A stretch of 64,000 bases of DNA from positions 64,001-128,000 of the forward strand of contig CAVXWP010000004.1 of NCBI GenBank assembly GCA_963765495.1. Direction: 5' to 3'. Source of the stretch: Blastocatellia bacterium. GTDB taxonomy: Bacteria; Acidobacteriota; Blastocatellia; UBA7656. Position 1 is the first letter of the stretch, and each line of letters opens with the position of its first letter. The notes below the pieces were generated by a model. It searched no databases. It was not told the origin of the DNA and saw nothing but the letters and a program-made list of their open reading frames with translations. Positions 1 through 8,376 of the stretch are shown piece by piece. A program made the translations under genes and the position numbers.

Positions 1-1
1 C

Positions 2-1798
2 CTGCAAATTCGCGCTCGCCAGGCTTTCAACAGGATCCCTCTCCGAGAGCAACAGAAGATATACATACTGACTCTGCTGATTGGCGTCATCTGTGGGCTT
101 GCTGCCGTACTGTTTCACCTGCTGCTCGATTTCTTTCAAACAAACATAATATATGCAGCGGCGGCTGTGCAGGGCTGGTGGCGTATTCCGCTTGTGTTAT
201 TCATCCCGGCCATCGGCGGACTGATCGCGGGCGCAGGGCTATACTTCTACGCGCCCGAAGCGAGAGGAAGCGGCATCCCGCAGGTCAAGACGGCGTTCTA
301 TCTCGACAGCGGGCGCATTCCCGCCCGCGTGATTCCGGGCAAGATGATTCTGGCCGCATTCAATATCGGGACCGGCGCAAGCCTCGGACGCGAAGGCCCT
401 ACGGTGCAAATATGCGCCGCCTTAGCCTCGATTCTGGGTCGAATGTTTGCAATCTCTCGCCGCAAGTTGCAAAGCCTCGTCCCTGTGGGAGCAGCAGCAG
501 GACTGGCCGCGGCCTTCAACACACCGATTGCATCGGTGACTTTTACGATTGAAGAGATACTGGGCGATAATTCAAGCAAGCCGCTCGGCTCCATCGTGAT
601 TGCCGCCGTTATCGCCTCCGTAATCGAGCGGGCCATACTCGGCGAGCACGCGTTGTTCACCGTTCCGTCTTATCGCCTGAACAGCGCCATAGAACTGGTG
701 TTTTACGGCGCGCTCGGTGTGGTAGCCGGGTTTGCCGCCGTGGCGTTTAACGAAGGTCTGCTGAGGTTGAGGCTCTATTTCCGCACACAGAAAACTATCC
801 CTCAATGGGCGACACCCGGAGTAGGCGGTTTCATACTTGGAATCATAGGGCTGATCGCGCTGTGGCTGACAGGTTCGGCAAGCATTTTCGGTGTCGGCTA
901 CAGCCAGCTATCGGTCGAATTGCAAACCAACCTGCCAATGAAAATCCTTCTTATCCTCGGCATTTTCAAACTGGGCGCGACGGTGATCTCTTATAGCTCC
1001 GGCTCGTCAGGCGGCATCTTCGGCCCGTCGCTTTACATAGGCGGGATGCTCGGCGGCGCGGTGGGATTGGTCACTCAACACATTCTGGGAAATCCCCTGA
1101 CCTCGCCCGGAGCCTTTGCCCTCGTCGGCATGGGTGCCGTCTTTGCCGGTGTCGTTCGCGCGCCGGTAACTTCGATAGTCATCATTTTCGAGATGACAAA
1201 TAACTATTCGATTATCCTGCCCTTGATGGTAGCCAATATAACAAGCTATGTGCTGGCTACAAAACTCAGCCCCACGCCTATCTACGACGCGCTGCTGCTT
1301 CAAGACGGTATCCACCTGCCTCACACACAGAGACACGTGTTAAAGCAACGGAGGGTTGGCGCGGCGATGACCAAGCATGTTATTTCAGTACCGGGCCATC
1401 TGAGTGTCGAGGGGGCCTTCAAACATGTGCAGTCGCTGCCCAAACACCATCACTCCTACCCCGTAGTAGATCAAGCGGGGCGGCTGGTAGGTCTTTTCAC
1501 ATTCAACGACCTGAAACGGGCAATCGCAGAAGGGCAAGGCAGCCATCAGCTTTCGCAAATAGTGAGCAAGAAGCTCGTGCACGCCCACCCCGATCACACG
1601 CTCGATGTCGTTATGCTGAAACTCGGTCAGAAGGGCATCTCTCAACTTCCGGTAGTCTCTCGCAAAGACACGACGCAGCTTCTCGGAATCATCACGATGC
1701 ACGACGTCGCAGTGGCGCTATCGGAGGGAGAAGAGATACCCGACCTGACGATGGATGGTCTTGAGAGACATTTGAAGGAAAGCGAAATCAAGGCGTGA
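2..1798 (+). CDS. ClC-family Cl-/H+ antiporter with C-terminal CBS pair (5' end lies outside the window)
   Basis: The frame is open from base 2 (LQIRARQAF...). ClC motifs GSGIP, GREGP (gating Glu), FTIEE (proton Glu), GIFGP and IYDALL are present, with many TM segments and two CBS domains at the C-terminus. Confidence 0.93.
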   Translation: MQIRARQAFNRIPLREQQKIYILTLLIGVICGLAAVLFHLLLDFFQTNIIYAAAAVQGWWRIPLVLFIPAIGGLIAGAGLYFYAPEARGSGIPQVKTAFYLDSGRIPARVIPGKMILAAFNIGTGASLGREGPTVQICAALASILGRMFAISRRKLQSLVPVGAAAGLAAAFNTPIASVTFTIEEILGDNSSKPLGSIVIAAVIASVIERAILGEHALFTVPSYRLNSAIELVFYGALGVVAGFAAVAFNEGLLRLRLYFRTQKTIPQWATPGVGGFILGIIGLIALWLTGSASIFGVGYSQLSVELQTNLPMKILLILGIFKLGATVISYSSGSSGGIFGPSLYIGGMLGGAVGLVTQHILGNPLTSPGAFALVGMGAVFAGVVRAPVTSIVIIFEMTNNYSIILPLMVANITSYVLATKLSPTPIYDALLLQDGIHLPHTQRHVLKQRRVGAAMTKHVISVPGHLSVEGAFKHVQSLPKHHHSYPVVDQAGRLVGLFTFNDLKRAIAEGQGSHQLSQIVSKKLVHAHPDHTLDVVMLKLGQKGISQLPVVSRKDTTQLLGIITMHDVAVALSEGEEIPDLTMDGLERHLKESEIKA

Positions 1799-1877
1799 TT
1801 TGTGATTTGTGAATCTCATGGGGCCTTGCCTCTGGACGACAACCTGTCAGCCTTCTTTATCACGCATCACGCCTCAC
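1794..1877. repeat. Inverted heptamer-repeat element (CGTGATT/TGTGATT ... ATCACGC)
   Basis: cgtgatt-tgtgatt-tgtgaat at 1794-1814 and atcacgc-atcacgc-ctcac at 1859-1877 are imperfect reverse complements. The left arm contains the ClC stop codon. Confidence 0.75.
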
Positions 1878-1884
1878 CTATTTT

Positions 1885-2997
1885 ATGTCATCATCACTTT
1901 CGAGAATTCCGCCGGGCGTACAGTACATCTTTGATGAAGAGGTGCAGGTTCGTCGGTGGATCGAGCGACAGATAATGGCCGTCTTCGACGGCTGGTCTTA
2001 TTCCGAAATAATCCTGCCGATCTTTGATTACGCCGATCTGTTTGCGCTCGGGATGGGAAAAGATCAGGCGGAATTGACCTATCGCTTCACGGGGCGTGAC
2101 GGAAAGCTTCTGGCGCTCAGACCAGAAATGACTTCGCTTGTTGCGCGCACCGTCGCCACTCGTTTCCGCAACAAAGCCCGCCCGATTCGCCTCTCTTATT
2201 CGGGCGAGGTCTTTCGCTGGGACGAGCCTCACGGGGGCCGACAGTACGAGTTTCATCAAATAGGTCTTGAGCACATCGGCTCGGACCGGCTCGAAGCAGA
2301 CACCGAAGCCCTGGTTGTGGCCATCGAGGCGCTCAGAAAACTTGGGCTTGAAAACTTTACAATCACACTCAGCCACGTCGATTTTTTCAACGGCATCGCA
2401 GAGGTTCTCGAACTTGACGAGGACGAAAGGCGGCGAATGCGCGAACTGGTTGACCGTAGAGAGATCGAACAACTATCGAGCTTTCTCGAAAAATATATCG
2501 ACCTGCCGGGCAGAATCGCGCTCTGCCGATTGACGGCTCTCGCCGGAAAGCGAGAGATCATCGAAGAAGGTCGGGCGCTGGTTTCAAATCCTAAATCCAT
2601 CGCGGCGCTCGACGACCTTGAGCGCGTTTATCAAATTGCCGAAGAGATAGGCATTGCGGCCTTTATAGATGTTGATCTGGGCGATGTGGGCGGTCTTGAT
2701 TATTACACGGGCTTGACCTTCAAAATTTACGCGCAGGGACTTGGCACTGCGCTGGGTCGCGGGGGGCGGTACGATCAATTGCTGTCGAATTTCGGCAGCA
2801 CCGAACCAGCCGTAGGGTTTTCGCTCTGCCTCGACTGGCTCGCGCAATTGCTCGCGCCTGAATTGAGCCGCCTCGCCTCGACAGCCGCCGATGAGGCGGA
2901 ACCCATCAATGCCACTCGTGACATTGTCAGCGCCTTCAAGCAGGCGAATCAACTGCGAACAGAAGGCCGAAAGGTAAAAGTGATGCGTGATGCGTGA
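1885..2997 (+). CDS. hisZ: ATP phosphoribosyltransferase regulatory subunit
   Basis: HisRS-like fold motifs (ALRPEMT, YSGEVFR, EFHQIGLE, LDYYTG, GGRYD). It lacks the HisRS anticodon domain and sits directly upstream of a short hisG. Confidence 0.92.
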   Translation: MSSSLSRIPPGVQYIFDEEVQVRRWIERQIMAVFDGWSYSEIILPIFDYADLFALGMGKDQAELTYRFTGRDGKLLALRPEMTSLVARTVATRFRNKARPIRLSYSGEVFRWDEPHGGRQYEFHQIGLEHIGSDRLEADTEALVVAIEALRKLGLENFTITLSHVDFFNGIAEVLELDEDERRRMRELVDRREIEQLSSFLEKYIDLPGRIALCRLTALAGKREIIEEGRALVSNPKSIAALDDLERVYQIAEEIGIAAFIDVDLGDVGGLDYYTGLTFKIYAQGLGTALGRGGRYDQLLSNFGSTEPAVGFSLCLDWLAQLLAPELSRLASTAADEAEPINATRDIVSAFKQANQLRTEGRKVKVMRDA

Positions 2998-3075
2998 TTC
3001 TCAATCTGATCAATATGAATCATCGGGTTCATATTTCACGCATCACGCATCACGGATTACGCATCACGCATCACA
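2980..3075. repeat. Inverted heptamer-repeat element (GTGATGC)n ... (GCATCAC)n
   Basis: gtgatgcgtgatgcgtgat at 2980-2998 and about 5 copies of gcatcac at 3035-3075. The left arm contains the hisZ TGA stop. Confidence 0.85.
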
Positions 3076-3082
3076 CCCTCTT

Positions 3083-3736
3083 ATGAGCAATCTGACTATC
3101 GCACTTGCGAAGGGCCGCCTTCTGGATGAGACGATAGCGCTTTTTCGGCGCGCGGGAATCATTTTGTCCGGCCAGGCGCTGGAATCTCGAAAACTGCGAA
3201 TTGAGGATGAGAGCGGGCAATACAGCTTGATTTTCGTGAAGCCCTCGGATGTGCCCGTTTACGTCGAATATGGAGTTGCCGACGCCGGTATTTGCGGGCG
3301 GGATGTGCTGATGGAATCCGATGCCGATGTGCACGAACCGCTTGATCTCGGATTTGGTCGATGCCGTATGGTTGTGGCCGGCACCCCTGAATCATACGCG
3401 CGCGGTTATGACCCTCTTGCTACTGCTCGCGTGGCGACAAAATATCCGCGCCTTGCGGCCGATTATTTCCAACGGCGCGGCGTCCCCGTAGAAGTTATTC
3501 TCCTTTCCGGCTCGGTCGAGCTTGCGCCTGTGCTCGGCCTTTCCGAGCACATAGTCGATCTTGTCGAAACAGGGCGAACGCTAAAAGAGAACGGGCTGGT
3601 CATCGTCGATACGATTGCCCAATCCAGCGCCCGGTTGATAATCAATCGAGCAAGTTATCATTTGAAACGCTCGGATGTAAGCAGGTTTGTAGCCCGATTG
3701 AGAGAGGCATTGAATTCGGCTGACAGCCAGTCTTGA
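3083..3736 (+). CDS. hisG: ATP phosphoribosyltransferase, short form
   Basis: LTIALAKGRL, DVPVYVEYGVADAGICGRDVL, VATKYP, GSVELAP and IVDLVETGRTLKENGL motifs. The start is moved to ATG 3083 because the upstream extension is translated repeat. Confidence 0.95.
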   Translation: MSNLTIALAKGRLLDETIALFRRAGIILSGQALESRKLRIEDESGQYSLIFVKPSDVPVYVEYGVADAGICGRDVLMESDADVHEPLDLGFGRCRMVVAGTPESYARGYDPLATARVATKYPRLAADYFQRRGVPVEVILLSGSVELAPVLGLSEHIVDLVETGRTLKENGLVIVDTIAQSSARLIINRASYHLKRSDVSRFVARLREALNSADSQS

Positions 3737-3742
3737 TCATCA

Positions 3743-6211
3743 ATGATGGAAATTGTCAATTACGATAAAGACAAACCCAATCCCACGCTTGAGAGGATAA
3801 AATCTCGCTCGCTTCAGATGAACTCTGATCTGATCGCGAGCATAAGCGAGGTGGTCGAGGGCGTCAGGTCGGGAGGCGATGAAGCGCTCATCCACTATAC
3901 AAAGAGATTCGATAAAGTCGATCTCAGCCCACACGACCTGCTTGTAGACTCCGATTTTCTACAAGACATGGCCGGACGCGCCGAGCCTCACGCGGTCGCA
4001 GCTTTTCGCAAAGCTATCAGCAATGTCAGGGCATTCCACGAGCGGCAGAGAGAAACCGGATGGCAGATGCCGGGCGAGTGCGGTTCTGTGATCGGACAGC
4101 GCATCCTGCCCGTCTCCTCTGCCGGGCTGTATGTCCCGGGCGGGCGCGCGGCTTATCCTTCATCGGTAGTCATGAACACCGTCCCGGCGCAGGTGGCAGG
4201 CGTTCGCCGTATCGTTATCACCACTCCTCCCGGTACGCTTGAGCGCAACCCTATGGTTGCGGCCGTGATTGCCGAGCTTGGCATAACCGAGGTCTATCGC
4301 ATCGGCGGCGCGCAGGCAATCGCCGCGCTCGCGTTCGGGACCGAAACGATTCCTCGCGTTGATAAGATTGTAGGTCCCGGCAATGCCTATGTCGCCATTG
4401 CGAAAAAACTCGTCTACGGCTCGGTCGGTATCGATTCGATTGCGGGACCTACAGAGGTGATAGTGCTTGCCGACGAGACCGCCCGCCCGGAATTTATCGC
4501 AGCCGACATGCTTGCCCAGGCCGAACACGACGAAGAAGCATCGGCAATCTGTATCAGCACAAGCGCCGCTATGGCACGCAATGTCGCTCGCGAGGTTGAG
4601 CGACAGATCGAGTCGCTCGAACGAAAAGAGATCGCCCACGCTTCGATTGACTCTTACGGCGCAGTCTTCGTAGTCGAATCGCTCGAAGCCGGTTGCGATC
4701 TGGTAAATCAGATCGCGCCCGAACATCTTGAATTGATGACCGCCGACAACGACCGCGCCGCCGGGCTTATAGAAAATGCGGGGGCGATATTTTTCGGTGA
4801 ATGGTCGTCGGAGCCTGTCGGCGATTACCTGGCCGGACCAAATCACGTACTACCGACCGTCGGCACGGCGCGCTTCTCTTCCCCGCTTGGAGTCTACGAT
4901 TTTCTTAAGCGCCAATCCGTAATTCGCTACACCCGCGAGGCCATACGAAAAAATGCCGACTCAATCGCGGCGATGGCCGACGCTGAAGGACTGACCGCGC
5001 ACAGACGAGCGGTGCTTGTCAGAGGCCGGGAGCCGGGGGCCGGGGGCCGGGTTGATGAGGGAGATGAATTTCAACAACGTGAGAATATGTCGGGATCAGA
5101 TTTACCGATCCCCGGTCTCCGGCCCCCGGTCCCCCTTGAAAAGATCAAACCGGCGGTGCGAGCAATCACGGCGTACACGCTTGCGCCTTACCGCGCTACG
5201 GTGAAGTTGAATCAGAATGAGAGTCCGTTTGAGATGCCGGAGGAGATCAAGAAGGAGGTTGAGCGAAGGCTCGCCGAGCGCAAATGGTCCCGCTACCCGG
5301 ATTTCGTTCCTACCGGTTTGCTAAACCTGATGGCGGATTTCGCGGGTTGGAAACCCGAAGGCACTCTGGCAGGAAACGGGTCGAATGAGCTTATACAGGC
5401 CACATTGATGGTCACGGTTGAGCGCGGCACCCGTGTTGTAATCGCTGAACCTACCTTCACGCTCTATCGCCAGATAGTCCATGTGCTTGGGGGACAGGTC
5501 GAAAGCGTTTCTCTCACAAGTGATTTCCAATTCGATGTTGATGCTATTATTGAGCGCGCCGCTTCTTCAATGGCTGACGTGATTATTCTTTGCTCGCCGA
5601 ACAACCCTACGGGTTGCCGCGTGTCGAATGAAGATATCTTGCGGATAGCGCAAAGCTTTAAGGGACTCGTCGTGGTGGATGAAGCGTATCACGAATTTTC
5701 GGGTCATAGCGCTGTGCCGATGCTTGAGCAGTTACCCAACCTGATCGTGCTCAGGACATTTTCAAAAGCGATGGCGATGGCAGGTCTTCGCGTGGGGTAT
5801 CTGCTGGCGTCTGAGGAGTTGGCCCGCGAGATTCACAAGGCTACGCTCCCTTACAATTTGAATTTCTTTTCGGCAACGGCCGCAGAGGTCGCGTGCGAAA
5901 ATTATCATTTGCTCAGACCGCAAATAGATAAAATCATCAGCGAGCGCGGGCGCGTCTTTCAGGCGCTCGCCTCACTTCGCGGCGTCAGCCCTGTGCCGTC
6001 TTTTGCAAATTTCCTACTCTTCCGAACGCCGAAGAGCCCGCGAGCCCTTTTTCAGGACCTTATAAAGCGCGATATACTTGTGCGTGATGTGAGCGGGTAC
6101 CATATGCTGTCGGAGTACACAAGAGTTTCAATCGGCTCTCGTGAAGAGAACGATCTGATGCTTTCGGCGCTCAAGGATGTCTTGGCGAAACAGGATGGAA
6201 GCGATGGCTAG
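3743..6211 (+). CDS. hisD-hisC: Fused histidinol dehydrogenase (HisD) / histidinol-phosphate aminotransferase (HisC)
   Basis: aa 1-427 are HisD (GLYVPGG, GPGNAYV, IDSIAGPTE, AQAEHD, APEHLEL, GDYLAGPNHVLPT). aa ~465-822 are HisC (KLNQNESP, RYPD, NGSNELI, CSPNNPTG, DEAY, LRTFSKAMAMAGLRVGY). There is no stop between them. Confidence 0.92.
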   Translation: MMEIVNYDKDKPNPTLERIKSRSLQMNSDLIASISEVVEGVRSGGDEALIHYTKRFDKVDLSPHDLLVDSDFLQDMAGRAEPHAVAAFRKAISNVRAFHERQRETGWQMPGECGSVIGQRILPVSSAGLYVPGGRAAYPSSVVMNTVPAQVAGVRRIVITTPPGTLERNPMVAAVIAELGITEVYRIGGAQAIAALAFGTETIPRVDKIVGPGNAYVAIAKKLVYGSVGIDSIAGPTEVIVLADETARPEFIAADMLAQAEHDEEASAICISTSAAMARNVAREVERQIESLERKEIAHASIDSYGAVFVVESLEAGCDLVNQIAPEHLELMTADNDRAAGLIENAGAIFFGEWSSEPVGDYLAGPNHVLPTVGTARFSSPLGVYDFLKRQSVIRYTREAIRKNADSIAAMADAEGLTAHRRAVLVRGREPGAGGRVDEGDEFQQRENMSGSDLPIPGLRPPVPLEKIKPAVRAITAYTLAPYRATVKLNQNESPFEMPEEIKKEVERRLAERKWSRYPDFVPTGLLNLMADFAGWKPEGTLAGNGSNELIQATLMVTVERGTRVVIAEPTFTLYRQIVHVLGGQVESVSLTSDFQFDVDAIIERAASSMADVIILCSPNNPTGCRVSNEDILRIAQSFKGLVVVDEAYHEFSGHSAVPMLEQLPNLIVLRTFSKAMAMAGLRVGYLLASEELAREIHKATLPYNLNFFSATAAEVACENYHLLRPQIDKIISERGRVFQALASLRGVSPVPSFANFLLFRTPKSPRALFQDLIKRDILVRDVSGYHMLSEYTRVSIGSREENDLMLSALKDVLAKQDGSDG
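5022..5135. repeat. Inverted heptamer-repeat element (GGGGCCG)n ... (CGGCCCC)n forming the HisD-HisC linker
   Basis: gaggccg-ggagccg-ggggccg-ggggccg at 5022-5049 and cggtctc-cggcccc-cggtccc at about 5113-5133. Confidence 0.85.
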
Positions 6212-6791
6212 AGAGGCGGAAAAACGGCGCACGACACGCGAAACGGATGTCGAGGTAAGGATCAATCTGGATGGACGAGGCCAGTCTGACATCGCTACCG
6301 GCATAGGCTTCCTCGACCACATGCTAGATCTGTTTGCACGGCACGGTCTGTTCGACCTTACGATCAGTTGCAAAGGCGACCTGCACATTGACGGTCATCA
6401 TTCGGCCGAAGATGTGGCCATCACTTTTGGACAGGCATTTGCCGACGCTTTAGGCGACAAACGCGGGATTGTGCGCTACGGTGCGGCCTATGTGCCAATG
6501 GACGAAACGCTTGTGCGCGCGGTGGTTGATTTGAGTGGCCGGGCCTTCACCGTGTATAAAGTCCCTCCCTTGCGTGACAGGATCGGAGAGTTGGACGTAG
6601 AACTTGTAGAGCACTTCTGGAGATCATTTGCCGGTGAGGTTCGATGTAATCTGCACATCGAGTTGCTCTATGGCGCGAACCAGCACCATGTACTGGAAGC
6701 GGTATTCAAATCAGCCGCGCGCGCCCTTTCAGCGGCAACCAGAATTTCTGAGCGAATAGAAGGCGTCCTTTCTACAAAGGGACAACTGTAG
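6204..6791 (+). CDS. hisB: Imidazoleglycerol-phosphate dehydratase
   Basis: RTTRET, TGIGFLDHML, GDLHIDGHHSAED, VPMDE and NQHHVLEAVFK, STKG motifs. The start overlaps the hisC stop; ATG 6195 is an alternative start. Confidence 0.96.
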   Translation: MAREAEKRRTTRETDVEVRINLDGRGQSDIATGIGFLDHMLDLFARHGLFDLTISCKGDLHIDGHHSAEDVAITFGQAFADALGDKRGIVRYGAAYVPMDETLVRAVVDLSGRAFTVYKVPPLRDRIGELDVELVEHFWRSFAGEVRCNLHIELLYGANQHHVLEAVFKSAARALSAATRISERIEGVLSTKGQL

Positions 6792-6928
6792 GGGCCAGGG
6801 GCCGGGGGCTGGCGGCCGGTAACAGAAGTAGAGATCGAGATCAGTAACAGATGGAAGACCATACTATCAGCAAATCACCGAGGCACCGGCGTAATCACCT
6901 AATCCCGGCCCCCGGCCCCCGACCCCTG
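6791..6928. repeat. Inverted heptamer-repeat element (GGGGCCG)n ... (CGGCCCC)n
   Basis: ggggcca-ggggccg-ggggctg-gcggccg at 6791-6818 and cggcccc-cggcccc-cgacccc at 6906-6926. It fills the hisB-hisH intergenic space. Confidence 0.85.
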
Positions 6929-6930
6929 CT

Positions 6931-7533
6931 ATGATTGCAATCATCGATTACGGAGTAGGCAACCTGCGCAGCGTCGAAAAGGCGCTGGAGGCAATCGGCG
7001 CATCGGCTGTGGTCACAAGCGATGTGGGGGCAATTCGTGAAGCCGACCGTCTGGTGCTTCCCGGCGTTGGCGCTTTTGGCGAGTGCGCCGACCGATTGCG
7101 CGCAACGGGGCTGGACAAACTTGTGCTCGAAGCCGCGCAAATCAACAAGCCAGTGCTGGGCCTGTGCGTAGGGTTGCAACTGATGTTTGAAGAAGGGCTC
7201 GAATTTGGCAGGCACAGGGGATTGGGTCTGATGCGCGGGCGCGTAATCAGGTTTCCAGATGACGGGCCGCACGTGCCTCAGATAGGCTGGAATCAGATCG
7301 AGACAGCCCGCCCGCATAAACTGCTAGACGGATTGGCCGACGGGACCTATTTCTATTTTGTTCACTCATATTACATCGAACCCGCAGATGCTGAGGATGT
7401 GCTTGCCGTAACCGAATACGGTATCCGCTATCCGAGCGTCTGCGGCAGAGGGGCTGTTTTTGGCGCGCAGTTTCATCCCGAAAAGAGCCAGAAGGCAGGG
7501 CTAAGATTGCTGGCCAACTTTGCCGCGCTCTAA
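6931..7533 (+). CDS. hisH: Imidazole glycerol phosphate synthase glutaminase subunit
   Basis: IIDYGVGNLRSV, LPGVGAF, GLCVGLQ (catalytic Cys), VPQIGWN, YFVHSY and QFHPEKS motifs. Confidence 0.96.
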   Translation: MIAIIDYGVGNLRSVEKALEAIGASAVVTSDVGAIREADRLVLPGVGAFGECADRLRATGLDKLVLEAAQINKPVLGLCVGLQLMFEEGLEFGRHRGLGLMRGRVIRFPDDGPHVPQIGWNQIETARPHKLLDGLADGTYFYFVHSYYIEPADAEDVLAVTEYGIRYPSVCGRGAVFGAQFHPEKSQKAGLRLLANFAAL

Positions 7534-7562
7534 ATGATTGAGATGGAGTGGCGGACCGATTT

Positions 7563-8111
7563 TCAAGCCGCGCCCGTGTCGGCATCTTCGAGAAAGAGGT
7601 ATTTGCGCCATTCCGGGCGCGACTGGGCGGCGTGATAAAGCGCCGTTTTCTCAAGACCATAATTGAGCGCGCTTGGATTGGAAAGCAGAGGCATCCTGGC
7701 CTCCTCAGGCGTTCGATTTCCCTTGCGTTGATTGCAGACCTTGCACGCTACGCACAGGTTTTCCGCAATCGTGCGTCCTCCACGAGAGCGTGGATGGATG
7801 TGATCCAGGGTAAGCTCGAAGGCGCTCTCTTTGACTCCGCAATATTGGCAGCGATAACGATCTCTCATAAGGATCGCTGCTCTCATGCTGGGCGAACGGC
7901 TCTGGCGTCCCCTCACATCTATGTAAGCGAGAAGCCTGATGACCGAAGGAGCCGGAAAGACAAACCGTGGAGAACGCAGGACACGATCTCCGTCCAGTTC
8001 AATTACTTCTGCGGTTTCTTTCCACACAAGCCGGATGGCGCGGGGAATCCCTACCGTGCCAAGTGGTTCATACGAGGCATTCAGCAATAGCACTTTTCTC
8101 GTCAGTACCAT
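7563..8111 (-). CDS. HNH endonuclease (McrA-like)
   Basis: VLLLNASYEPL N-terminus, PSVIRL, RDRYRCQYCG, LTLDHIHPRSRGG and NLCVACKVCNQRKG motifs. Confidence 0.92.
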   Translation of the reverse strand: MVLTRKVLLLNASYEPLGTVGIPRAIRLVWKETAEVIELDGDRVLRSPRFVFPAPSVIRLLAYIDVRGRQSRSPSMRAAILMRDRYRCQYCGVKESAFELTLDHIHPRSRGGRTIAENLCVACKVCNQRKGNRTPEEARMPLLSNPSALNYGLEKTALYHAAQSRPEWRKYLFLEDADTGAA

Positions 8112-8312
8112 AGCGTATCCAGGTGTCTATTCAGAGTCGGATATAAGCCGGGAGCGAGCTTTTTCCCTGTTATCCTACAGGAAATGATCTGTTCAGGCCA
8201 GGTGGTATGCGGGTTTTCCCTGCTAAAACTTAAAAATGTGTAGGGCCTTTTAAGTCTCATGAAATTCCTAGCATACGCGGGCGACTTTGCGTTGATTCAT
8301 TTTTCGCAAATT

Positions 8313-8347
8313 AAAAAAACGGGCCGGAAACCTGAAGTCTCCGGCCC
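8313..8347 (-). terminator. Rho-independent terminator of the giant surface-protein gene
   Basis: Stem gggccgga (8321-8328) / tccggccc (8340-8347), with an A7 run at 8313-8319 giving a U-tract on the minus strand, 30 nt after the stop. Confidence 0.8.
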
Positions 8348-8376
8348 TAAAGGATTTTCACTGATCTGTCAGTCCT

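Noticed and set aside
2987-3082. His-rich N-terminal extension of HisG (THHASRITHHAS), suggestive of a His-sensing leader or attenuator
   Set aside because: It is the translation of the (GCATCAC)n repeat, which also occurs at 1859-1877. It is mid-operon and has no terminator/antiterminator.
7548-8090. 180-aa plus-strand ORF after hisH
   Set aside because: It overlaps the clear HNH gene on the opposite strand and does not resemble HisA or HisF.
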